Positions 51,894 to 64,000 of a stretch of DNA of 64,000 bases are shown one piece after another. The stretch is from Octopus vulgaris (lineage: Eukaryota): contig OX597828.1 of NCBI GenBank assembly GCA_951406725.2, forward strand, positions 38,564,001-38,628,000. Direction: 5' to 3'. The notes beneath the pieces are model-generated. The model made no database searches and was not told the DNA's origin. It saw only the letters and a list, made by a program, of their open reading frames with translations. Both the position numbers and the translations under genes were made by a program. The first letter of the stretch is position 1. Each line of letters begins with the position of its first letter.

Positions 51894-53549
51894 TGAATGT
51901 ATATATATGAAGAAAGAAACAGGCAGGTAGAGACCGAAAAAGAAATAAGGAAAGAGGGAAATTAAGAGAAGATAGAAGAAAATGAGAACAGTTTCATCAA
52001 ATATAGTTTCAGAGAGAAAAAAATATTGGAACAAATCAAAGTTTTCAAGAATTTAACCAAACTTATACTGTAGTGTACCTACAATTATTATGGCCTCTCA
52101 AATTTAAACATGGCTGTTTGGTTCTTTCTTTCTTTCGTTCTTGGAGGTTTTTTTAAGGTTTTTTTTTGTTTTTGTTTTTCAGGAATTTTTTTTTTAAACC
52201 AGACACAGGAAGCCAATCAATAAAACAAAAATTTGTCATTTGTATTTTTCTTTTTTTTTTTAATAAATCAAAAGAGTTAATCAATTGAAATATTTAATCA
52301 AAAAAAAGAGAGAGAGAGAGAGAAAAGAAAAACAACAGAAGAAATCATTTTGAGTGTTATTCCCACAAACATGCATTGCAATTAAAGTAATTATAAAGTA
52401 ATTTACAAAATAAAAAAAAAAATTGTCAAGAAAGAAAGAGAGAACGAGGGTGAGGAGGGAAAAAAAGAGGTAGAAAACAGCAAAAATTGATAATAATAAT
52501 AACCACTTAACAAAATTGAGAGTAAAGCTAATCAATGAAATATTTAATGGAAATAAAATTAAAACTTTAAGGTGATGAGAAGGGAGACAAAAATTAATTA
52601 ATTTCAATATTCATTAACTGTTAACTCACTACATTAACAGAAAGGGAGAAAAAACCCCAAAACAACAGTATTGTGCTAGTGCCTTGTGTATGGATTAACA
52701 TATATAAATTTATTATTATTATTATTATTATTATTTCAATTTTTTTAATTTTGATTAGAGACATGAAAAATGATTGGTACAGAAAAACAATTCTGTAGAA
52801 ATTTCAATCCAGCCCCATTTTTCCTCAATAATATCTTTAAGGATAATACTGAAAAAAATCAGGATGGTTTCAAACTATAATAATTAGCACAATGCCACAA
52901 ATTCGTGTGGGGATGGAGAGAATAGTCGATTCTATCAAATTGAGTACCTCACTGGTAATTTTGTCGACCCCCGCCCCCAACAACCATAAGGATAAAAGTC
53001 AAAATCTGCCTAATCGGGATTTGAGCTTAAGGTAATAATGATCCAAATGCTTAAACATTTCTGCCAATCCACTGCCCTAATAATAATAACAATGATAATT
53101 TCTACTGAAGGGACAAGGCATGAAATTTTGTGGGAGGGACCTAGTCAATTACATCGACCCCAGTGCTCAACTGGTACTTATCTTATTGAACCCAAAAGGG
53201 TGAAAGGCAAAATCAGTCTCGGCAGAATTTGAACTTAGAATACAAGAACAAGTAAGATGTGCTGATAAGCATTTTGACCAGCATGCTAATGATTCTGCCA
53301 GCTCACCACCTTAATAATAATAATAATAATAATTTCTAATTTAGGCACAAAGCCAGCAATTTTAAGGGGAGTTGGAGGGGGGGGGGGCTAATCTATTTAT
53401 ATCGATCCCCAGTATTTAACTGGTACTTTATTTTATCGACCCACCTTGGCAGGATTTGAACTCAGAACAAAAAGGAAAAACTGAATAACACATGATTTTT
53501 TTATTCAGTTGAATATTGAGTCTATCAATCCAACACCTTTATAATAATG

Positions 53550-53591
<42 letters not shown>

Positions 53592-54302
53592 CTTACATTG
53601 GAGTAAGACCTCCAGATTTGTATAGGAGTGAAATAGGGGATAGAGTCAATTTAAATAACCCTCTTTACATGACTAGCATATACTTAATTGACCACACAGC
53701 AGTATAACTAAGTGACGCAGGACACTGTGCAACAGAGTCTGGCACTACAAATTTTACCATTTTACTGCCATCATCATCATCATCATCATCAATATTACAG
53801 TGGTTCAATATCAACTTAAAGTGTTTCAATTAGATCATTCATTTTTGAAAAGATTTTAATTCTAAAATATATCTAAATCTACACAGGTGACGTCATTATC
53901 TACTGTGTTCATATTACATGTGATTATGTTTTATACGATAAATTTCAGAGTGGAAATTTTGACTTTTTTTCTTTGTTTTTTTTTACTAATTAAAATCATT
54001 AAAATCAACCCCAATGACTGTTGATATCTGTGGAAGAAATGTACAAAAAGTGTATTAAATTTGTGTATGTATATAAAGGGGTAGTATTTGTGGTTGAAAA
54101 ACGCATGAGACTCTTCGTGTGTGTCAGCTGCATGGCTAAGAAGCAGAACACGTAAATGTGTCAAATTAAGAGGGTATAATTCAGGAGAGACAGAGCAGAC
54201 AGAAGCCACTCCGGGGTGGGGTTGTTGGAATTGAGTTTTCTGGTTAAAGAAATATGATTACAGCCAAGCCAAAACATATACCTCATTCAACCTTATATAT
54301 AC

Positions 54303-54343
<41 letters not shown>

Positions 54344-54598
54344 TAGATAAATATACACATACACACACATACATATATATATTTCTCACTATCATCATCA
54401 TCATCATAAACAGACACACACTTGCTTAATAAACAAGAGAAAGATTACTCGATACATGCTGTAGAATATATTTATCCGTACGAAGCTGGCAATTCATCCC
54501 ATTGCTACTCAGTTTTCTTACTGAATATAGTCTTTCAGGCTGTAACAGAAATTAATCATCTTGATACAAATGTATGTGCGTGTGTGTGTATGTGTGTG

Positions 54599-54638
<40 letters not shown>

Positions 54639-56508
54639 GGTGCATGGCCCAGTTGTTAGGGTGCTCCACTCACGATCGCAAGATCATGGGTTCGATTCCC
54701 AGATCAGGCAATGCATTGTGTTCTTGAGCAAGTCACTTCATTTCCTGTTGCTCCAGTCCACTCAGCTGTAAATGGCTGACCCTGTGATGGATTAACATTC
54801 CGATTACAGGGAATGTTGGCCTGCTTGCCCAGCCAGTGGGATGGTATCATTCAAAAGCTAAAAACGCAAAGCGCATTGTGACCAGTGGTGTATAACAACA
54901 TCCAACAGTTTGGTCTATCATATGATCACGTGATATGTGTGTGTGTGTTTGTTTGTTACCATCCCACAGCTACTAAGTCCTGATTAGTTAACTTTCTTTT
55001 TACTTATTTTAGCAAAAGGTAAATAAAAATTTTGTGAAATCTCAAAATTCAAACAAAAAAAAAATCAATAATAATAACAATAATGGTTTCAAATTTTGGC
55101 CCAAGGCCAGCAATTTCTGGGGGGAAGGGACTAACTCAATCCCAGTGTTCAACTGCTACTTATTTTATCGACCCCGAAAGGATGAAAGGCTAAGTTGACC
55201 TCAGCGGAATTTGAAATCCAAAGTGACAAAATGTCACTAAGAACTTTGCCCAGCATGCTAACAATTCTGCCAATTAACCGCCTTAATAATAATAATAATA
55301 ATGATGATAAAAATAATAATAATAATCCTTTTTACCAAAGGCACAAGGCCTGGCATTTGTGGGGAGGGGGAGAGTCAATCACATCAACCCCAGTACTTAT
55401 TTTATCGAACCCCGAAAGGAAGAAAAGCAAAGTCGACCTCAGCAGAGTTTGAACTCAGAACCCAAGATGGACAAAATACTGTTAAGCATTTCTGCCCTGC
55501 GTGCTAACGGTTCTGCCAGCTCGCCACCTTGATAATAATAATAATAATAATGTTTTTACTTCTGTTGTTTCTTGAGTTAAATATTAGCTAATACAACTTC
55601 TATTAAAATTATTCACTCAGGACTAACTGACAATGGCTCAATAAATTAAACCAAAAGAGTAAAAATAAACATCATCCAAGTATTACCAATTTTCATGCTG
55701 CCACAGACGCATATACACACGCACAAGCACACACACACACGCACACCCATGCACAATCTTTATAATCTTAAAATAATAAAGCCCTTAGCTGTCATTTAGT
55801 AAGTAATTGTATTATTGGTAACTCAAAATTGGACACCCAGAAAAAGACTAAAAAAAAAAGCTAAATCTTTAGGAATCTTCAAACTGAAAACAATTTTTTT
55901 TTTGTAGGTGACATGTCTTTTGTATATAGCTGTTTCTTATGCTTATAACCACAATATAAGTCAAGAATAAATTTTGATTTTTTTTTATCTTCTTCATGAG
56001 AATATTTTTTTTAGAAACAATGTTTATAATTTTTTTAAAGGGACAAGTCAAGTAATTTTTTTTTTTTACAACAGTGCATTTTAATCATCAGGAGTGGGTG
56101 TCAGGGGAAAGGAGTGAGCTAGCTTAAAACAAAAAAATTTTGAAATTCACCAAATTTCAATTTGAATCCAAGACATTGGTCACATGAAAATTTTTCTTCA
56201 GAAGAGTAGGAAAGAAGAGAAAAAGAGTCTTATCAGATATTTTTTACTACAGATTGTGAGTACTATACAAATTATTTCATGATGGAATGTACAACAGGAG
56301 TTGAAATGTGGTAGGAGTATTTCACTGAGCACTCACTTTTATTTTTTTTATTTTTTTACATTTAGATTGAGTAAATGAATGAGTGAGTACTGACCAATAT
56401 ACAAGCCTTGTTTGTTTGTTATTTTTTATTTTGTTTTTCTTTTATTTTGGTTAAGAATTTTCAACTAAAACAGGATGAGATAGATAATAGATAGACGGAT
56501 AGAGATAG

Positions 56509-56551
<43 letters not shown>

Positions 56552-56749
56552 TAGATAGATAGATAGATAGACAAATTTTTTTTAATCGCTACAGTATCCA
56601 ATTCTGAAATGAGATCGCAAAAAATCCATGAGGGAGGGAGGGGGTGTATGATAATAATAGTAGTAGTAGTAATAGTAGTAGTAATAATAATAACTATAAA
56701 AAAATGTAATCATTATAATAAAAGTTCAATAGCTCTCTTTCTCTTTCTT

Positions 56750-59700
56750 TCATGTCCTGACATTTCTCTGCCGGATTTCATCTTTGCCTTTGTGATCTTT
56801 AGCATTTGGCCTAGAACAGAAGGAAAATATTGAGATAAAACAAATTACATAAAAATAAATAAAAAGCAAATCTTCAACAATCTTCATAATGAAAAAAAAA
56901 ATTTTTTTTTAATGGTGGGGTTTTTTTTTTTTTTTCTTGAATACCTTTTTTTTTTAATCCTTATAATCAAAATATTCAAGAATTCTTTGACTACTTCATT
57001 TCTGAATGATTCTGCTTTCTTATACTCATTTTTCACTTGTTTCAGTCATTTGACTGCAGCCATGCTGGAGCACCGCCTGGGTCGATTTACTTGACTAGAA
57101 GGCGGTGCTCCAGCATGGCTGCAGTCAAATGACTGAAACAAGTAAAAAATGAGTATAAGAAAGCAGAATCATTCAGAAATGAAGTAGTCAAAGAATTCTT
57201 GAATATTTTGATTATAAGGATTAAAAAAAAAAAAGGTATTCAAGAAAAAAAAAATTCTTTGTAAGCCTAGTACTTATTCTATCAGTCTCTTTTGCTGAAC
57301 CGCTAAGTTACGGGGACGTAAACACACCAGCATCGGTTGTCAAGCAATGGTGGCAGAACAAACAGACACACAAACATATACACATACATACATATATACG
57401 ACGGGCTTCTTCCAGTTTCCGTCTACCAAATCCACTCACAAGGCTTTGGTCGGCCCGAGGCTATAGTAAAAGACACTTGCCCAAGGTGCCACGCAGTGGG
57501 AATGAACCCGGAACCATGTGGTTGGTAAGCAAGCTACTTACCACACAGCCACTCCTGCACCTATTCAACAAATATGGCAACAAATATACAATCTCATACA
57601 TCACCATATTAGGCAAGTACAGTGAAAGCTATCATTTATTGGTGAAGCCAGAATAAGACCAAAACATGTCTAAAATTGCCTGCCATGCATAATTTTGTCT
57701 AATATTCTCAAAATATATTGTCGGGAGTTGTGTCCTGTATTTGCTCATTGTCTAATGTTTATTGTTGTTCATTATACACTATTTTTAGTTAACTCTTTAA
57801 TATTCCCTACATTAAATATGTTACTCCAATCATAGCTGTCTGTCTGTCTCACTGCATACTCTTTTACTTGTTTCAGTCATTTGACTGCGGCCATGCTGGA
57901 GCACCACCTTTAGTCGAGGAAATCGACCCCAGGACTTATTCTTTGTAAGCCTAGTACTTATGCTATCGGCCTCTTTTGCCGAACCGCTAAGCAACGGGGA
58001 CATAAACACACTAGCATTGGTTGTCAAGCGTTACCAAATCCACTCACAAGGCTTTGGTCAGCCCAAGGCTATAGTAGAAGACACTTGCCCAAGGAGCCAC
58101 ACAATGGGACTGAACCTGGAACCATATGGTTCATAAGCAAGCTACTTACCACACAGCCACTCCTATATGCATGTCTATATTTAGCTTTTTTTTTTAATAT
58201 TCTCTAAATTTAAAGCGTCACCACTAACTTATCTAGGTCTCATCACATCTTTTTTTACTATTTTTACTGATTTCAATGATTAGACCATGGCCATCCCCTT
58301 GAAGGATTTTTAGTCAAACAAATCAAGCCCAGTATTTAATATTTTCTTTTTCTTTTGAAGTCTGATACATACTCTTTTACATGTTTCAGTCATTTGACTG
58401 CAGCCATGCTGGAACACTGCCTTTAGTCGAGCAAATCGACCCCAGGACTTATTCTTTGTAAGCCTAGTACTTATTCTATCAGTCCCTTTTTGTCAAACTG
58501 CTAAGTTACAGGGACATAAACACACCACCATCAGTTGTCAAGCGATGTTGGGGGACAAACACAGACACATAAACATACACACACACACACATATATATAT
58601 ATAAGACGGGCTTCTTTCAGTTTCCATCTACCAAATCCACTCACAAGGCATTGGTCAGCCTGAAGCTATAGAAGACACTTGCCCAAGGTGCCACGCAGTG
58701 GGACTGAACCCGGAACCATGTGGTTGGTAAGCAAACTACTTACCACACAGTCACTCCTGCACAGAAACCAACACCAGTTGTCAAGTAGTGTGAGGACAGA
58801 CACAAATGACACACAGGTTTCTTTCAGTTTCCGTTTACCAAATCCACTCACAAGACTTTGGTCAGTCTTGGGCTATAGTAGCAGTGGGACTGAACCCGGA
58901 ACCATGTGGTTGGCAAGCAAACTTCTTACCAGACAATTAAACTGGCATTTCTATTTTTAGCTGACTCCTGGGCAACCATGGAGCAGAGTCCTGGTCAGTC
59001 CCCATCGCCATGTGATACCCACCTCATCTGCCATGATCTTATAGTATGTGGTCATCCAACATGAGCCACCAGCCCAGCTGGATCTTCTGTGAAAATAACA
59101 CAGTAAGAAGGGTCTAACTTGAAAAACTGAGCAATATGGCCAACCAGTCTGAGCTGCCACTCCTGAATCACACAAGTTACTTGTTTTATACAAGAATCAG
59201 GCATTGATTCACTGCTGACTCCCCCCAGGTATACTTACATGTTTTGCTGGCCGGCACCATCATAATCTTCCTCCATGTCTTTACTGCGTTTCTTCTCACA
59301 TATAAAAATAATTATACATAAGATAACAACTTCAGCAACAATGCCAAGGAAAGGCCAGAGAGCAGCAAGTTTATCTGAAAAATAAATGATAAACAACATA
59401 GAAGATAGACAAAATGGTTGTTTAATGTAATTAATTATGCAGAAACATGTCAAAGAAAGTAATTTCATGATAGATCATGTTTTTGAGAAAATAAAATAAG
59501 ATTTATCTCTTAAGATTTAAATTCACATTTGCACCAAACAAGAAATCAACATAACACGGGTGTGTTAACACAGCTGTGGCACGAGTGCTTTTTAAGTGGC
59601 ACCAGCACCTGAAGAACAAGCCTGTGTGTGAAAGACAGCAATTTTATTTAGCTTGACACGTCTTATCCAGGACTGCAAATCATCACATCTCTTGGTCCCT

Positions 59701-60029
59701 TGTCATTTGTTAAGATTATTTATAAATGATCAAAAGTTAAAAGAAACACGAAAATAACTTACCCTTTACACGAACTAGGACAGTCATAGATGCGTTGCCA
59801 ATCATGTTGCTAGCAATGCAAATATACTTGCCCTTGTCAGTGAATTGAAGGTCGTAGATGGTAAGTGTCTTGTTATTCCAATGAATTCTTTGACCCTTTT
59901 CAAAAGTAACATTATCTCTTTTCCAAGTAATAGTTGAAGGTGGATAGCTCTGAACATTGCATTCCAACTGCAATTTGTCACTTTGTACCAAGTTACGAGA
60001 CGTCCCAGTTGACTGAATGTAAGGAGCCA
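56750..60029 (-). CDS. BSG: Basigin/neuroplastin (CD147)-family protein, 3' part: complement(join(56750..56810,59239..59374,59763..60029)); upstream exons not found in the window
   Basis: Ig domain (LQLEC..SYPPSTITW..LTIYDLQFTDKGKYICIASN); basigin signature TM LAALWPFLGIVAEVVILCIIIFICEKKR with the intramembrane Glu; C-terminus DHKGKDEIRQRNVRT resembling vertebrate RQRN; GT-AG introns with phases 1 and 2. Confidence 0.92.
56926..57254. repeat. Near-perfect inverted repeat (arms 56926-57078 and 57100-57254, 21-nt loop)
   Basis: Arms differ only by one substitution and a homopolymer length. Confidence 0.95.
58955..59225 (-). mobile_element. RTE-like LINE C-terminal relic in a basigin intron
   Basis: Translation IQEWQLRLVGHIAQ resembles the RTE RQLRWxGH motif. 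Confidence 0.5.
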
Positions 60030-60141
60030 CTGGAAATAAAATAGAAAAAAAAACATATTTACTTCAGTTTTTCTTTTTTTTACTGCTTTCTCAGTAGTAT
60101 ATTTTCAACAAACAAAGTGTTTCTCCCTCAACTTCACCCAT

Positions 60142-60177
<36 letters not shown>

Positions 60178-63100
60178 CCACCATTTTCTAAGAGGATGAA
60201 ATTTAGAGAATATGGCATCCATCTTTTTGAGTTATATGAATTCCCCAAATCAACAGTAGCAAGACTTTGAACTAAAGAGACTCTCAAAACACCTAAATGA
60301 CCAAAAATAAACATCTCAGCTCTACCAATTCTATCAACAATGATAAAAGACTTTGATAAAACAGGACTAATTTTGTTAGGGAAGGACTATTGTGAATTGA
60401 ATTAAATATAGTAGTTTACAGACACTTTTTTAACACTGGATGATGAAAGATATCAACCTTAAACTGAATATTAATACAGTTCTGTGGAAAATTAGAATAT
60501 ATATCTTGAATGTTAAGTTAGTCCTTTCAAAAACCAAGGGACTGATTACTTATTAGGAACCAGTAAACACAGAATTATGCAAAAGGTAACAATATGAAAA
60601 CCCAATGTAACACCATGACTCCCACACATATACAATGTTCTGACAATTCAACATAAGAAATTTCGCCGTAGAAGAAAATTCACCATAATATCAGCATTTT
60701 TTTTTTAATAAAGAAAATGAAAAAAGGTTTTGAAAAAGTACTAAATAGACAAGTCTTCTTTCAACATCAAAATTTTTTTAAATGTGATAAAGCCATTTAA
60801 CCCTTTCATTACCGTATTTATTTTGAGATGCTCTGTGTTTCTTTCAATTACTTTAAATATAATAAAGAATTTAGTAAAATAACTTAGTTATCTTTAAGCT
60901 AGTGTTAGCAACATAAATTGCGACTAAGGTTTAGTGGAAGAGTTTAATTCAAAACTTTTGAAAACAAGACATTTGTACCTAGACATTTGTACTAGGTTGC
61001 CGGGTTGGCAACGAAAGGGTTAAAACAAAGAATTCGAACAGCAAATTTTCCTATGGAAAAATGTTTGACAAAATTCCCTATAATCCATATGTACAGCCTC
61101 TGCATTGTGGCCACATGCACACAGCATAGCATACAGCTATATATACATATACATGACAGGCTTCTTTCAGTTGCCGTCTACCAAATCCACGCACAAGGCT
61201 TTGGTCGGCCCAAGGCTATGGTAGAAGACACTTGCCCAAGGTGCCACGCAGTAGGAATGAACCCGGAACCATGTGGTTGGTAAGCAAGCCACTTACCACA
61301 CAGTCACTCCTACGCCTACATCATTATTATTGATTAATATTTTTACATCTGCTTTTCCTTGTAGACATGAGTTTCAACAAACATTCATTGCCATGGTATT
61401 CTACAGCCAGATTCTTTTTCCATTGTGATCTCTAATTCTGTTTTCCAAGGAATTTTTTCATTTGACTTTATCCTCTCAACACGAAGATCTACAGATGTAC
61501 AGTTTAGAGTCAACCGAAACAGGACATCATCGATTTTGTTCAAACTGCATCATGCAATGACATGCCGAATAAACCCATGCACACACACACACACACACAC
61601 ACCACAGGCTTCCATGGTTCTTGTTTATCAATTCCATTCACAAGGCATTGACCAGCCTATAGAAAACACACTATGTGACCTAAGGTGTCACTCAGTGAGA
61701 TTGAACCTGAGACCACATGGTTGTGAAACAAGCTTCACAACCACACAGCTTCCCCAGCATTCAAGATCCTGTTTAATCAGGACCGACTTCAGACTAAACA
61801 ACAACAACACTTTACATGAACCTATTGCTTCCACTATTAATTATGGACCTACGACAGCAAGCTGGCAGAATCGTTAGCACACTAGACAGAATGCTTAGGG
61901 GCATGCAGCATTTTGTCTGTCTTTACGTTCTGAGTTCAAATCTCACCAAGGTCAACTTTGCCTTTCATCCTTTTGAGGTCAATAAAATAAGTATCAGCTG
62001 AGTACTGAGGTCAATGCAATCGACTTACCCACTCCCCCGAAACTGCAGGCCTTGTGCAAACATTCGAAATCATTATTAACCTTTTAGTATGAATAGGCGC
62101 AGACCTGGCTGTGTGGTAAGTAGCTTGCTTACTGACCACATAGTTCTAGATTCAGTCTCACTGTGTGGCATCCTGGGCAAGTGTCTTTCACTATAGCCTC
62201 AGGCCAACCAAAGCATCGATTTGGTAGACAGAAACTGAAAGAAGCTTGTCATGTGTGTATACATATATATATATATGTATGTATGTATGTATGTTTTTCC
62301 CCACCACCATCACTTGACAATCGATGTTGGTGGGTTTACGTCCCCATAACTTAGTGGTTCGGCATAAGAGACGATAGAATAAGTACTAGGCTTACAAAGA
62401 ATAAGTCCTGGAGTCAATCTGTTCGACTAAAGGTGGTGTTCCAACTAGGCCGCAGTCAAATGACTGAAGCAAATAAAAGAATAAAAGAAATACTACCCAC
62501 ATCTGGGGCCTAAATATTCTCCCTCTTTTTTGCTCAAACCAACCAGATCCAGCCTGTCACACCTACCCCACAATGTCATTCAAAAAATAAACAATTGCAT
62601 CTTCAAAATCTTGAAGTTAAAAGATACTGCGACATGATTAATTTTTATAATTGTAGATAAATGATTATTACAATGGATAAATTAATCAGAATGCTAAAGG
62701 GCTAATTATGGACCTCGTTAACACTCCATACTCATAGTGCACAATGGGTGAAGGTCTGTACTTAAGAGATTCAAATTCCTTGTATGTTACTCCCACATTT
62801 CTACATATCTTGTTCGCAACTTCAACGTGATGTTTGTTTGTTTGGGGGGGGGTGCACATGTGTATGTGTATGCACGTGCACGTGCGTCTGACAAGAGGAA
62901 CGACAGTTGAGATGAATGACATTTGGGAAAGAGGAGACAGAGAGAATAAGTTGAGATGGTTGACACTTCCAATGACATCTTCATATTCCAACATAAAGAG
63001 AAAACAAAAAAAAGAAGAAAAACAATAAACAAACAAACAAACCAAACATCTTTCAACCAATGAAAGAAGCTTAACTGCAATGGAAACAAAATATCTACAA

Positions 63101-64000
63101 TTACAGTTAAGAATGTGTCAAAGGCAAATCCAACGATGCAGTCTCTGATGATACAATAGTCCTTAATGGCAACAGCACTAGTCTCAACACAGCATATACT
63201 TTATCAAACAATACTTATGATTGCCTACATATTTAACATTTATTTTACATTCACCACAGTAAGCTACTGACAACAGATATTTGACCAAAAGGACATATAG
63301 ATTCAAAGAATGCCCACCTTCTTAACCAAAATGTATTTAGTTTATAAAATTTATTAGGTTACTGTTTAAATACCAATAAGACACTGCGAGTTTTTTAAGG
63401 ATTTTAAATTTGAGCCTTAGTTCGTCGATTATTTCATACAATCATACCAAGGTCATCATCATCATCGTTTAACGTCCGCTTTCCATGCTAGCAAGGGTTG
63501 GACAATTTGACTGAGGTCTGGCAAACCAGATGGCTGCACCAGGCTCCAATCTGATCTGCCCTTCCTAACGCCAACCACTCCGAGAGTTTAGTGGGTGCTT
63601 TTACGTGCCACCGGCACGAGGGCCGGTCAGGCATAACTGGCAATGGCTATGCTCAAATGGTGCTTTTTATGTGCCACCTGCACTGGCAATGACCTCGCTT
63701 GAATGTTTTTTCACATGCCACTAGCATAAGTGCCAGTAAGGCGACGCAGGTAACAATCATGCTCGAATGCTGCTTTTTACGTGCCACCGGCATGGAAGCC
63801 AGTTTGTTGCTCTGGCAACGATCATGCTCGGTTGGTGCCCTTAGCACTCCACTATCAATCATTAACCTTTTCGTTATCATATTTATTTTGAGATGCCCTG
63901 TGATTCTTTCAATTAATTTTCAGTATAACAAAGAATTTAGTAAAATAACTTAGTTATCATTAAGCTGGTGTTAGGAACATAAATTGTGACTAAGGTTTGG

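Noticed and set aside
50790-56749. Possible ~6-kb basigin 3' UTR ending at minus-strand AATAAA 50805-50810
   Set aside because: Many AATAAA candidates in AT-rich DNA; cannot choose without RNA data
60030-64000. Search for the upstream basigin Ig and signal exons
   Set aside because: No Ig-like reading frame with splice sites found; probably outside the window

Overview
AT-rich, microsatellite- and SINE-dense eukaryotic DNA whose repeat families look like those of Octopus/coleoid cephalopods (inference). Two convergent genes. (1) Plus strand: a complete 12-coding-exon gene (4870-36757, 422 aa, all GT-AG phases checked by hand) for a secreted monofunctional peptidylglycine alpha-hydroxylating monooxygenase (PHM), with all copper ligands and an acidic C-terminal tail but no PAL domain. 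(2) Minus strand: the last three coding exons of a basigin/neuroplastin (CD147)-family protein. The rest is mostly SINEs, fragments of RTE, CR1-group, Tx1/L1 and Penelope-like retroelements, Tc1/mariner relics, TTAA MITEs, Helitrons and an LTR-like segment. Best second-look items: five hammerhead-ribozyme-like motifs (one minimal with a U3-A8 compensatory core, three with very long stem II); two SINE-LINE tail partnerships visible in the window, including a Tx1-tailed SINE whose target duplications start with (A)GAAA; and repeated fold-back hairpins, including one with ~153-bp arms next to the last basigin exon.
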